Shown here one piece after another: positions 49,720 to 60,196 of a stretch of 64,000 bases of DNA. The translations under genes were made by a program, and so were the position numbers. How positions within the stretch are numbered: the first letter of the stretch is position 1; every line of letters begins with the position of its first letter. The stretch covers positions 29,798 to 93,797 of the forward strand of contig VGWD01000004.1 of assembly GCA_016873735.1 (NCBI GenBank). The letters are read 5' to 3'. The notes under the pieces are model-generated. The model was not told the DNA's origin. It did not search any database and saw only the letters and a list, made by a program, of their open reading frames with translations. Source of the DNA: Ignavibacteria bacterium. Lineage in GTDB: Bacteria; Bacteroidota; Ignavibacteria; Kapaibacteriales; UBA961.

Positions 49720-49753
49720 AAATTACTCCTAATAATTAGAATATGATGTTGCT
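49536..49753. repeat. Direct repeat copy A (218 bp; partner 58941..59158)
   Basis: Ungapped alignment at offset 9405; 5 mismatches in the ~173-bp coding core. Confidence 0.92.
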
Positions 49754-49813
49754 TCAACAGCAACTATATATCATTTATTAAACTTTATAAAGTATCTAGC
49801 CTACGGAATTAGC

Positions 49814-52800
49814 TTACTTTGAAATAATGAAACTTGACGAAAATAGACCTTTGTCTGTCGAGACCATAATCGTATATAATCCATTAATCATAGAGGAAGC
49901 ATTTATTCGTATCGATGTTCCAAATTCTGATGCTTCAATTGTATTAACAAACTGTTGGACTGCTCCAATGCAATTATAGATATTCCATTGATGTACAATA
50001 CCAAATGATTTCGGAATATAAATCGAGAACTCACTATCCATTGATACTGGATTGGGAGTTACTATAAGTGATTGCGTAAGTAATAAGTCTCCTGTTATTG
50101 ATGCTGAACCATCAATAACAACAGTAATCATTGTATCATTGGTACAGTTATTTTTATCAGTCTCGGTAACTTTTATGTATGCATTACCGGAAGCAAAGAA
50201 ATCAACTACTATTACCGAATTATTTGGATTACTAGTAATAGCTGCATTTCCAAAAGCTTCCCATTTATACACTGAAGTCGATTGACTATTTACTTGGTAT
50301 GCTATACTTTTCTGATTTGGAAACACTTTAACTGGTCCAGAAATAACTGGAATTGGTAGCGGGACTTCATACAGAGTAAATAATTCTGACTCTCCAATAC
50401 AATCTCCAGATTTCGTTACTACCGAATACTTACCAGGGATAAATGCCAAGTATACTCTATCTGTTGCGCCTTGAATTATAACACCATCTCTCTTCCATTG
50501 ATATGTATTAGCGGAGAGTTTGCATTCCAATCCTCTACTATCACCTTTACACAAATAATTTCCACCACCAAATGATGTGATTTCTGGTTTTAATCCATTC
50601 TCAATAAGTATTGAAACTGTTGTGTCTTTTACACATCCCTGATTGTTCATTTCTGTTAATTTTATAAATCCAACTCCAATACTTCTGGCATTTATTATAA
50701 CGGAATCTCCTGTATAATTTCCTTTAATGCTTAAGTTTTGAGTTAAAACATTCCATGTATAGGTTGATCCTATTTTCTTTACCGTTTTAAATACTAGATT
50801 TTGCTGATTCTCACATGCTGTATTAGGCCCAAATATTTCAACTTTAGGAGCTTCTGTTACCTCAATTTGATACCTACCTATTGTAGAACACCCAGTAACT
50901 TTGTCAGTTACTAATACAAATATAGAATCGTAACCAATTGATTTATCCCACAATACTTTCACAGAACTACTGGTTGATCCCGAAACGATGGTTCCTCTGT
51001 CTATTCCATACCATGAATATGAATATCCTGAGACATTTTGCACTGAATACGTTTCTATAGGTCCACTGAAACATATAGTATTCGTCCCTGTGATTGTAGG
51101 ATTAGGTGCATTGTTAATATTCACGATAAATGTTGTATCCTTAAAACAACCGGTTGTGTTATCTGTTTGACGAACAGTGAGTGTATCTTTACCCATTTTT
51201 GTCCAATTAATACTCACTGTACTTCCATATATACTGTTTGTTATTTTTCCATTACTTGGGTACTGCCATTGATATGAATGGTTACTTTGGCTCACAACTG
51301 AATACTCGAATACAGAACCTACGCATACAATATTTACACCTGAGATAACAGGTTTCGGTTTAGTGGAAATATAAATAGATAATGTTGTGTCTTTAAAACA
51401 ACCTGTTAGATTATTTGTTTGTCTAACTTTTAATGTTTCAAATCCTGATGTATTGTTGTTCCAATTAATGGAAACAGTAGAGCTTGTTGTTGCAGTTGCA
51501 TAGGTTCCTTTTGTCAATGGCTGCCATTGATATGAATGATTACTTACGGATTGTACTTGATATAATAGTAAACGTTCTCCCTCACACACGATATTCTTTC
51601 CTGTAATAAAGGGGGTTGGTGACGAATTGATAGTAACATTCAAGATCGTATCTTTAAAACAACCAGTTGAGTTGTTGGTCTGTCTCATTTTTAATTGTTC
51701 AGTTCCTGTACTTCCTGTCCAATTAATAGTAACCGTACTGGATGCTGATCCCGATATGATTGTTCCGCGCAGTGGCTGATACCATTGATAACTGTGACCA
51801 CTAATTGGGGAAACACTGTATTGAATATTCGTTGCACCTTGACATACTGATGAATTTCCAGTAATAACCGGTACAGGTGACGAATTGATAGTAACATTCA
51901 AGATCGTATCTTTAAAACAGCCAGTTGAGTTGTTGGTCTGTCTCATTTTTAATTGTTCAGTTCCTGTACTTCCTGTCCAATTAATAGTAACCGTGCTGGA
52001 TGCTGATCCCGATATGATTGTTCCGCGCAGTGGCTGATACCATTGATAACTATGACCACTAATTGGGGAAACACTGTATTGAATATTCGTTGCACCTTGA
52101 CATACTGATGAATTTCCTGAAATAACCGGTACAGGTAATGGGTTAACTGTGATGTTTACTCCATTATTACTACCAGTAACATTTGGATTTGAAGATACAA
52201 CCCTGATACGATATGAACTTCCCGAATTAGTAGCTATAGGAATGATACATGTTATGCTCCCTGAATTTACCGAAGTGACAGAACCCAAAACAGTTGTTGT
52301 TGTAAATGAACCATATTGATCTGATAATTGGGCTTGGAAAACATTACCTGAATTGAATGTACCTGTAATGCTATATGATAATGTGAAAGTCTCACCTTGA
52401 CAATAATTTGTTTTTGGGGCAGAGCAAGAAATAGAATTTGTAGTTCCGCCACCACCATCTTGCCATTTTACTAAATAAGCATCCTGATTTCCAGTATAAA
52501 AATTATAGTATCCATTTTGTGCTATATTTGTACTCGAAAGGGTTGCTCCTGCATTATAAATAAAACTGGATCCATCAATAGCCAGATTAACACTTAGGTC
52601 CCAAGATGTACCACCATAATATGTCCCCCATTGACGTACACCTGAGGAATTGAATTTAACAAGAAATTCATCTTGACCTCCAGAAATTGAAGTCTGATAT
52701 CCATTGCTTGATGCTATATTGGTTGTTGAACTTGTACCGCCCCCAAAATATACATTACCGGATGGGTCACATACAACACCCCAACTTCCTTCATCTCCAT

Positions 52801-54682
52801 CACCTGCATAAAATGAACCCCATTGGCGAACACCATTTGTATTAAATTTCACAATAAATGCATCGGTGCCAGCACCAAAACTTGTTTGATGTGCTCCCGT
52901 TGTTGCTATACCAGAAACTGATTCTGTTTGCCCTACTACATATATATTTGCTGAAGCATCTCTTGCAATATTATTTGCCTTATCATCAGAGCTACCACCA
53001 TAATATGTACCCCATTGGCGAACACCATTTGTATTGAATTTCGTAATAAATCCATCTGAATCGCCACCGATAACTGTTTGATGTGCTCCCGTTGTTGCTA
53101 TAGATGTCGAAGATGAAGTTTCTCCACATATATAAACATTATTTGATGCATCACTTACTATGTCTAATACAAAATCGTCCGATGAACCTCCATAATAAGT
53201 ACCCCATTGACGAACTCCATTTGTATTGAACTTTGCTATTAATCCATCATAAGATCCGCCAATTGAGCTTTGATGGGAACCACTAGTAGCTATTCCTGTT
53301 GTAGAATTCGTTAAGCCAACAACATAGACATTTTCGGAAGCATCCAGGGTTATATCATCTAATCCATCCCAATTAGATCCACCATAATATGTACCCCATT
53401 GACGCACTCCTGATGATGAAAACTTAACTAGTATTCCATCTCTTGAACCGGATAATGATGCTTGATGTGAGCCGGTTGTTGCTATGGCTGTTGTAGATTC
53501 AGAACCACCTGCAATAAACACTGATGACGAAGTAGCAATCACACCATAAGTAACTTCAGCTGAAGCACCACCATAATATGTTGCCCATAGTAAGCCACAA
53601 TTACTGGTAAACTTAACTAGCATAATATCTTGAGTTCCATTAAATGTTGATTGATGAGAACCCGATGTTGCAATCCATGATGTAGAAGTAGTCCAACCTG
53701 ACAGATATACATTATTTGAAGGGTCAGTTGCAACACATGAAGTCACTTCAGTTCCGGTATCTCCATAATATGTTCCCCATATTCTTGTTGGTGGATCAAT
53801 TGTCAGAATGGATGTTGGGTCATATTCACCAATGATAAATGATACTGTATTATCATTGATTGCAAATGAAGAAGGTATTTCTCCTGCTTGATATGTATAT
53901 GGCTTACCCTGCAATAAAATTCCAAATGGGGTATGAACCTGAAGATCATTCTCAGCTGTCAAACTAATGGAATCAGCACCATTGAATGTAAATGAAATAT
54001 CTGTAGGATTACCTCCTGGATGAACAATGAAATCATATTGTAATTTTCCCTTATCATTTCTATACAAAACAAAGTCTATGTTTTGATATATGTCCTTGAT
54101 GAGTATTCTTTCATACTTTTTTACTTCTGTGATACCATCTGGACAATGTGCTAAGTAGAAATTTATATAATCTTCTGATTGCTTTTCTCCAATCACTCTT
54201 GGTGAAGTATTAGAATTATTGCATACCATATCAATACGATATACATCTTTCGTCCATTGAAAATCATTCTCTTTTGATGAACATTGCTTTGGATCAGGGG
54301 AAGTACCTTTGGTGGTGATACGATGGAATTCAAATGATACACCATTCTTAGTCACAAAGACAAGACCATCGGGTACTGAGGCATAGTATAAAACATCCGG
54401 TCTAAGTGTACCATGCTGATCTATTACTTGACCTTTATTCTCAATAAACACTACATCATTGTTTGAATGTAATAGATGTGATGCTTTATCGAATTTTTCA
54501 TTAGAAATCAAGTATAGTGTGCTTCCTTGTATGAAATAGGCAAATACGACAAACAATGTTTGAACAGCATAAACAAGCAATGTTTTACGAGAAGTATGTA
54601 ATGTATATAGCATTTGGTAACCCAGAATAAATAACAAAAAACGGTACAATTGAATACTACTAAAAAAATAGTTTAGTAACAT
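49814..54682 (-). CDS. T9SS-secreted SBBP-repeat beta-propeller protein with tandem PKD/Ig-like domains
   Basis: FIENKGQ..IYQNID..YDFIVHPGGNP..IDP N-terminus; repeated KF(N/S)..GVRQWGTYYGG; repeated P.I.G...VC..Y.W..GC units; CTD VTPNP..NGLY; true start uncertain (possibly 54613). Confidence 0.85.
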   Translation of the reverse strand: MLLNYFFSSIQLYRFLLFILGYQMLYTLHTSRKTLLVYAVQTLFVVFAYFIQGSTLYLISNEKFDKASHLLHSNNDVVFIENKGQVIDQHGTLRPDVLYYASVPDGLVFVTKNGVSFEFHRITTKGTSPDPKQCSSKENDFQWTKDVYRIDMVCNNSNTSPRVIGEKQSEDYINFYLAHCPDGITEVKKYERILIKDIYQNIDFVLYRNDKGKLQYDFIVHPGGNPTDISFTFNGADSISLTAENDLQVHTPFGILLQGKPYTYQAGEIPSSFAINDNTVSFIIGEYDPTSILTIDPPTRIWGTYYGDTGTEVTSCVATDPSNNVYLSGWTTSTSWIATSGSHQSTFNGTQDIMLVKFTSNCGLLWATYYGGASAEVTYGVIATSSSVFIAGGSESTTAIATTGSHQASLSGSRDGILVKFSSSGVRQWGTYYGGSNWDGLDDITLDASENVYVVGLTNSTTGIATSGSHQSSIGGSYDGLIAKFNTNGVRQWGTYYGGSSDDFVLDIVSDASNNVYICGETSSSTSIATTGAHQTVIGGDSDGFITKFNTNGVRQWGTYYGGSSDDKANNIARDASANIYVVGQTESVSGIATTGAHQTSFGAGTDAFIVKFNTNGVRQWGSFYAGDGDEGSWGVVCDPSGNVYFGGGTSSTTNIASSNGYQTSISGGQDEFLVKFNSSGVRQWGTYYGGTSWDLSVNLAIDGSSFIYNAGATLSSTNIAQNGYYNFYTGNQDAYLVKWQDGGGGTTNSISCSAPKTNYCQGETFTLSYSITGTFNSGNVFQAQLSDQYGSFTTTTVLGSVTSVNSGSITCIIPIATNSGSSYRIRVVSSNPNVTGSNNGVNITVNPLPVPVISGNSSVCQGATNIQYSVSPISGHSYQWYQPLRGTIISGSASSTVTINWTGSTGTEQLKMRQTNNSTGCFKDTILNVTINSSPVPVITGNSSVCQGATNIQYSVSPISGHSYQWYQPLRGTIISGSASSTVTINWTGSTGTEQLKMRQTNNSTGCFKDTILNVTINSSPTPFITGKNIVCEGERLLLYQVQSVSNHSYQWQPLTKGTYATATTSSTVSINWNNNTSGFETLKVRQTNNLTGCFKDTTLSIYISTKPKPVISGVNIVCVGSVFEYSVVSQSNHSYQWQYPSNGKITNSIYGSTVSINWTKMGKDTLTVRQTDNTTGCFKDTTFIVNINNAPNPTITGTNTICFSGPIETYSVQNVSGYSYSWYGIDRGTIVSGSTSSSVKVLWDKSIGYDSIFVLVTDKVTGCSTIGRYQIEVTEAPKVEIFGPNTACENQQNLVFKTVKKIGSTYTWNVLTQNLSIKGNYTGDSVIINARSIGVGFIKLTEMNNQGCVKDTTVSILIENGLKPEITSFGGGNYLCKGDSRGLECKLSANTYQWKRDGVIIQGATDRVYLAFIPGKYSVVTKSGDCIGESELFTLYEVPLPIPVISGPVKVFPNQKSIAYQVNSQSTSVYKWEAFGNAAITSNPNNSVIVVDFFASGNAYIKVTETDKNNCTNDTMITVVIDGSASITGDLLLTQSLIVTPNPVSMDSEFSIYIPKSFGIVHQWNIYNCIGAVQQFVNTIEASEFGTSIRINASSMINGLYTIMVSTDKGLFSSSFIISK
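51618..52136. repeat. Near-perfect 258-bp tandem duplication (86-aa Ig-like unit)
   Basis: The sequence from 51618 recurs at 51876 with only about 5 substitutions. Confidence 0.95.
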
Positions 54683-54712
54683 GATAACTATTCAATATGG
54701 ACATCAACTGAC

Positions 54713-57700
54713 TTAATTCTGAAATATTAATTTCTCATAATAGTAACTACCATCTTGAGTTTGAAGATACATGTGATAAATACCAGACGGTAGATATTCT
54801 ATCTTAAAACTCTCATATATGTCTGACACAGCTGACAGTCTTTTTCCATCAGATGAAAATATTGATAGAGTCTTAATACCGGTTTGAGGTAAAGGTTGTA
54901 TTGTATAGTTATCTTTATTCTTTATTAGCAAATAAGGTAATTGTAGTTCTTCTTTGATATTAGTCAGTAAACTTCTTTGAATATTAGCACTGAATTTGTA
55001 AGTACCTATCGTATTTGGTTTACTTGCCATAACCCGGACATAGATTTTGGAGGGTTTATCTCCTATTATTTTTAATGCATTGTAGCTATTCTCATAGAAA
55101 TCTGTCCATTGTATCCCATTTGAACTTATTGCAAACTTTGCATCAATAGAGTAAACTTTTCCATCATTTGATGACACAATATCACTTAAAAAGTTATCAA
55201 TTGTATATGTATATCCAGCAGGCAATTCTATCGTATAATAATCAACATCTGATGGATTGTGAAGAGATGCACTTTGAGTTGTAACGATTGAATTATTTGC
55301 CAAGAAAGATGCAAATAAGAGCGAACTGGATGATACTTGATTATTATCTTCATAATTATCTTTGTTCAAGGTCTTGGTAACTTCAAAATCAAACGCATAT
55401 GTTCCTACATCTCCCTGATTCTTAGGTTTTACTCGAACAAAAAGTGTATAGTTACTGTTAAGTGTTACAGACTGTATGTCTGATAATGGGCCATCATACC
55501 ATTGCGACCAAGTGGAGCCATTTGTTGTATATGACCATTCACAATCTATAGTATAATTTGCACTGTTTAGATAGTTCTTATCTCGAATATATGGTACGAT
55601 AGAATAGTAATAGTCGCTCGGGCAAATTATCTTATAATAATCTATGTCTGAATCCGAATGAATCGATGCTCCGGTTGCACTTAGTGTTTTTTTCAGGTTA
55701 GGAAATGTTTGTGACATATTAAAAGATGTGACAATCGTATTGTTATCTTCATATATATCCTTTGGAACAGACTTTGAGATTACTACTTCAAAATCATATG
55801 TTCCTGTCTTTCCTTGGAAGAATGGGTACACATTAAAATATATTGTTTTACCCCCTTCAATTATTATAGATCCATCTGTATTGATATCGTCATAACTATC
55901 TGATGATAGATTACCAATCGAATAGTTCCACATAGCATCTACTGTATATGTCTTTCCATTATCTCGATTATATTCATCTTGTATTCTAGCATTTATAAAA
56001 TATGTTGATCCTGCCGGCAGATCGATTTTGTAATAGTCCACATCGTCTGTATTGTGAATAGAAGTATATGCGGTTGAATATGAATATTGTTGTTGAGATC
56101 CATATGGTATTCTAGTTGCTGTTACTTTTGAGTTATTATTTTCAAATTGATCAGCAACCAATTCAGGTTTTGAAATTATTACACTTAAAGGATTTATCAT
56201 CTGATTTTCAGACTTTACTATTTGCCATCCAAGACTTTGATTAAAAGTCCATGCCACAATTTGGTAAGTACCAGGTGGAACTCCAAATCCATCACTTGAG
56301 GTAAATGTAATACCATTCGTAAAGTGGTAATTATATTTTAGGTCAACATTTGTGAATCTACCAATACTCTTTATCCAATAACCTGATTCATCATGAAGAT
56401 CGAGGGATATTGTACCAAGAAAATCGCTGCCTTTATTCAATACATCATATGTAATTGACACAGGTTTGCCTTCAACTATATTTGTTGGGCTTATTGTAAA
56501 CTGTTTATTCATAACAATATTACTTACAGAATTAACAATTGCCGAAACATAATTTGAGTGATTTCCGTCATTCACTATTTGCCAATCTCCACCTAATGGG
56601 CGTGCCAGAATTATAGCATGATATGTTCCTGGTAACACAGTATCAGAGAGCGTTCCAGCCAATTGAATATTATTGTTATACACATAAGATGGTGGTAAGC
56701 CATTACTTTCGGTAACTGAAGCTGTTACATCAACAATATCATAGTTCTCATCTACAAGAACACCTACATAGTCACCTTTAAATATCTCATTACCATTATT
56801 GACCAAATTGAATGCTAATGTATATGTACCTAAATAATTTATCGTACTTGGATTTACAGTTAACGGGGTATACAATGCTAAATCCATTTCTGGGACATTA
56901 TTTGAAACATTTGGTTCTAAATTGAAAATAGCTTGTTGATGTTGATTAAAATTCCCAGATCCTCCTCCGGTTCCACCTGTTCCCGGGTTCAAGGCATTAA
57001 TTGTAAAATACCCATCATACACTCCTCCCCATCCCCAATTAAAGTGAAAATAATTACCTGTATCATAACCATCACATACAAATGCATGACCTCCACCTGA
57101 ACCAAATCCTGCATACATAATTGGTCTTTGGTTGTCTAATTCTTCTTTTAACATCTGAATCCAAACTGATTCAGTATAGCTAGATCTTCTTACACCGATT
57201 GTTGAAGAAGAGTAATCAAAGTATTCTTTAAACGCAAACTCTGAACAATTTTCTGTTTGTGAAGCTTCCGATATAACATAAGCACCGCTAACGCTGGGAC
57301 TATAATCCATATTAACAGAAACACCACAGTGATACATCAATGTTGCAACATCATTGTTTGTGGATGTAACTTGATTGGGCATATTGGACCAATTATAATT
57401 GGTGATTGAAAAGTTTGCAGAGAGAGTCCCATATTTTGAATGTACATATGAATGGCTACCAACACCTTTTGCTGGATGATTCCAGTATTTCATGATTTGT
57501 GCCATTGCTGTAGCAACACAGCCTGTTACTGATCTAGCTGATTGATTATTATCATATGGACACATTGCATTATAATAGGGTGATTGATTCCACTTAGTTG
57601 TTAAAAGTGGACTTACAGTTTCACCCTTTATCATGCTTTGAGTTTGTCCTTCTAAAAGGGAAATCCATTCTCTGCTAATATCGTCTGTGGGAGGTAGTTT

Positions 57701-58054
57701 ACTCCTGATTATGTATCGCAACTCTCTTTCGTACCCATCTAACCATTTACTTACATTGCTTCCAATACTATCTTTCCTAAATATAGATTCTTTGGAATAT
57801 CCTAATATCGGATATGATGCATCATCACCAGCAACAATAACAAATGAATTATTATATTCATCATTGAAGATATAATATAGCTTGTATATCGTGGTATCTG
57901 GCATAATTCGTGCTTCTTCAGCATGAATCAATTCAATTGAATAAGTCTGTAAAAAACTTATACCTACCTTTTTTGCCTGTTCTGGAGATACTTGTTTGGC
58001 TATAATAAATGTCTGGCAAATAAGAGAAAGGAGCAAAACATATATCGACTTCAT
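54713..58054 (-). CDS. C10 family cysteine peptidase (SpeB/interpain-like) with I69 prodomain, PPC-like repeats and T9SS CTD
   Basis: FVIVAGDD..PILGYS prodomain; WNQ..YN, catalytic TGCVATAMAQIM, GHAFVCDGY, HFNWGW; three D..E.NN..IH..D.DYY.I repeats; CTD FSSDGK..LPSGIY. Confidence 0.92.
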   Translation of the reverse strand: MKSIYVLLLSLICQTFIIAKQVSPEQAKKVGISFLQTYSIELIHAEEARIMPDTTIYKLYYIFNDEYNNSFVIVAGDDASYPILGYSKESIFRKDSIGSNVSKWLDGYERELRYIIRSKLPPTDDISREWISLLEGQTQSMIKGETVSPLLTTKWNQSPYYNAMCPYDNNQSARSVTGCVATAMAQIMKYWNHPAKGVGSHSYVHSKYGTLSANFSITNYNWSNMPNQVTSTNNDVATLMYHCGVSVNMDYSPSVSGAYVISEASQTENCSEFAFKEYFDYSSSTIGVRRSSYTESVWIQMLKEELDNQRPIMYAGFGSGGGHAFVCDGYDTGNYFHFNWGWGGVYDGYFTINALNPGTGGTGGGSGNFNQHQQAIFNLEPNVSNNVPEMDLALYTPLTVNPSTINYLGTYTLAFNLVNNGNEIFKGDYVGVLVDENYDIVDVTASVTESNGLPPSYVYNNNIQLAGTLSDTVLPGTYHAIILARPLGGDWQIVNDGNHSNYVSAIVNSVSNIVMNKQFTISPTNIVEGKPVSITYDVLNKGSDFLGTISLDLHDESGYWIKSIGRFTNVDLKYNYHFTNGITFTSSDGFGVPPGTYQIVAWTFNQSLGWQIVKSENQMINPLSVIISKPELVADQFENNNSKVTATRIPYGSQQQYSYSTAYTSIHNTDDVDYYKIDLPAGSTYFINARIQDEYNRDNGKTYTVDAMWNYSIGNLSSDSYDDINTDGSIIIEGGKTIYFNVYPFFQGKTGTYDFEVVISKSVPKDIYEDNNTIVTSFNMSQTFPNLKKTLSATGASIHSDSDIDYYKIICPSDYYYSIVPYIRDKNYLNSANYTIDCEWSYTTNGSTWSQWYDGPLSDIQSVTLNSNYTLFVRVKPKNQGDVGTYAFDFEVTKTLNKDNYEDNNQVSSSSLLFASFLANNSIVTTQSASLHNPSDVDYYTIELPAGYTYTIDNFLSDIVSSNDGKVYSIDAKFAISSNGIQWTDFYENSYNALKIIGDKPSKIYVRVMASKPNTIGTYKFSANIQRSLLTNIKEELQLPYLLIKNKDNYTIQPLPQTGIKTLSIFSSDGKRLSAVSDIYESFKIEYLPSGIYHMYLQTQDGSYYYEKLIFQN

Positions 58055-58094
58055 AATAAATCCTTACTGAGAATAGCTAAACTGTATGTTGTAT

Positions 58095-58637
58095 TTACTT
58101 ACACATAACGGATAATTCATTTTTATCAATCATTTCATTTACTTGTTGTATTATATTTTCATTTGGAGATATACGATTACACATATACATTTCAACCAGA
58201 GGATCTTTATCAAGAATAGCTCTTTTTATTTGATCTATGCTTAATGGCTTTCGGAGCTTACTGTAACTTCTATAAGTCAATGTTAGAAATGCCACATTTT
58301 TGTTTATACCCCTTCTATCAAGATAATATCCATCATGTAAACGAATAGGCATGACCTCTTTTGAAGTCATGCCTATTAAATCCATTGGATGAGGATATGA
58401 TACTATCTCGCTTTTGTCATCCGACAATAATACAGGAACATTTCGACTGTAGTCCCTCTTCATTTTATAGATGACAATAGGAGGTTGAGAAATAGTAGTT
58501 TTTCCTGAGGATATATCTTTGATTTGTTGAGCAAATACTTTTAAAGGTAATGTTACACAAACAAGAAAAGTCAATTTAATTACCACAGAAAAAATGTTTC
58601 TCATTCGTACTCCCTCTTGTCTAATATTATAATACAT
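58095..58637 (-). CDS. Conserved secreted hypothetical protein
   Basis: Signal peptide (probable start MRNIF at 58604); VIYKMKRDYSRNVPVLLS..IVSYPHP..LHDGYYLDRRGI..VAFL. Confidence 0.7.
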   Translation of the reverse strand: MYYNIRQEGVRMRNIFSVVIKLTFLVCVTLPLKVFAQQIKDISSGKTTISQPPIVIYKMKRDYSRNVPVLLSDDKSEIVSYPHPMDLIGMTSKEVMPIRLHDGYYLDRRGINKNVAFLTLTYRSYSKLRKPLSIDQIKRAILDKDPLVEMYMCNRISPNENIIQQVNEMIDKNELSVMCK

Positions 58638-58650
58638 ATCCTAATGCTGT

Positions 58651-59124
58651 TCAAAGGGGTGTATATCCAATCCCAGCTCTAACTGTAGTAAAATCTATAT
58701 TTCCTTCACTATTAATAACATTATAATCAATATTAGCAATTGCATAGAAATTTGTATTCAATGAATATTTTAACCCGGCGCCAATGGAGCAACTTAAAGA
58801 ACTGCCGGACTCCTCAGCTGAAGTTAGATAACTTGATGCTCTTGATTTCCAAATTGTATAACCAAGTTTTGCAGTAACAGAAGGCTTTACATTACCCGAA
58901 GTGAAATAATACCTTGAACCTACCAGTAATGGAAGATACTCCTCGCTACTTGAAGGGTTTACAGATTTTAAACCAAACTTTTCCCAATCAGAAATATCAA
59001 ACTTTGTAAAGTCTGAGGTTGATGTTCCGGCAATATTCAAACCACCGTATACATCAAATGGTAACTGTCCTTTTGCATTTAAGAAAAGGACGAAAAACAT
59101 ATAGAACACAGTAATTCTTTTCTT
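58651..59124 (-). pseudogene. Chimeric OMP: copy of the 48946..49719 N-terminus fused in frame to a different barrel C-terminus; start codon lost
   Basis: First ~60 codons near-identical to 48946..49719; ATG changed to AAG at 59122-59124; after SSSE switches to YLPLLVGSRYYF...VRAGIGYTPL. Confidence 0.7.
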
Positions 59125-59158
59125 TTATTACTCCCAATAATTAAAATATGATATTGCT
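58941..59158. repeat. Direct repeat copy B (partner 49536..49753)
   Basis: See copy A; includes the RBS and upstream region. Confidence 0.92.
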
Positions 59159-59248
59159 CTAATTGCAAAGGTTCAATACTAATTAAAAATGATCTTTTAC
59201 CATTATTCTTAAGTGGTGATCACTTTTTTTCTCACTATTAAGTTGGAA

Positions 59249-60196
59249 TCACTTAATGATAATATTGTAGTTTACCTGCTTACTTTTATAGTAAGAAACA
59301 ACTATTTCCTTTACAGCATTAATTCTCATTTTCTGTAACTCAATATTTTCCTTTCTTATCTGTTGTTTTTCTTGCCATTGTTTATTTTGTTCAGTGGTAA
59401 TTTTTGATTCTACTTCTTTTGATATTGATAATGCTTCTTTGTAGCAAGTTGACATAGGGTCTATCATAGACAACTCGTTTAATGCTTCGTCATAATTTTG
59501 ATTTGATAAGTAAGTCCTTGCACTGAGTAAGTGTTGCTTACATTGTTGATCTGAAAGAGCTATATAAACTGACTGTGTAGCCTTCATTGCTTTATCAAAA
59601 CATGGTTGTGCTTCTGGAGGAACAGACATTAAAAGTGCCAAAGCTTCTTCATATTGCCTACCTGTTTTTTTGACCTCAGCTTTCTTTATTATACTTTCAC
59701 ATTTGGCTATATACATTGTTTTATACTTTTCTCTTGCGGAGGAAAATAGCTTTAATAGCGTTGAATCAGATGTATTTATTTTATTAATAGCATTATCAAT
59801 AGCTTTTTCTCTGTTTGAACCAGTTCCTGCTATCTTCTTCTCAATTGATGCCAATACACTACCGTCCAACATATGGGTAACTGAAAATGTACATTCCAAA
59901 GCAATTACATTTGTCTTACTTAAACCACCATCTACTTGTTCATCCCTTGAGACTGATATTCTAGGAATGCATACCAATCCATGCTCAGACATTCCTGAAC
60001 CACCGCTGCCTTCTTTTGAAGCAATAGTTGTGATTTTTGATTCTAATCTCTGGAATTGTTCATATGACAATACAGATAAATCATCAGGATAGCCAAACCC
60101 TATACCAATCTGTGATAAAACAACATTATCAAATGAAAGTAGAGCAACAATACTGAAAATGAAAAAATGGAAATAAATCTTATTTAATATTGACAT
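59249..60196 (-). CDS. Secreted protein: CsgG/TolB_N-like domain plus TPR-like helical C-terminus
   Basis: Signal peptide; ALECTFSVTHMLDGSVLAS..AGTGSNREKAIDNAI; QYEEALALLMSVP and NYDEALNELSMID helices. Confidence 0.65.
   Translation of the reverse strand: MSILNKIYFHFFIFSIVALLSFDNVVLSQIGIGFGYPDDLSVLSYEQFQRLESKITTIASKEGSGGSGMSEHGLVCIPRISVSRDEQVDGGLSKTNVIALECTFSVTHMLDGSVLASIEKKIAGTGSNREKAIDNAINKINTSDSTLLKLFSSAREKYKTMYIAKCESIIKKAEVKKTGRQYEEALALLMSVPPEAQPCFDKAMKATQSVYIALSDQQCKQHLLSARTYLSNQNYDEALNELSMIDPMSTCYKEALSISKEVESKITTEQNKQWQEKQQIRKENIELQKMRINAVKEIVVSYYKSKQVNYNIIIK

Noticed and set aside
52600-53600. Regularly spaced repeats as a CRISPR array
   Set aside because: The period is ~186 bp, in frame within a CDS, and encodes propeller blades; no cas genes.
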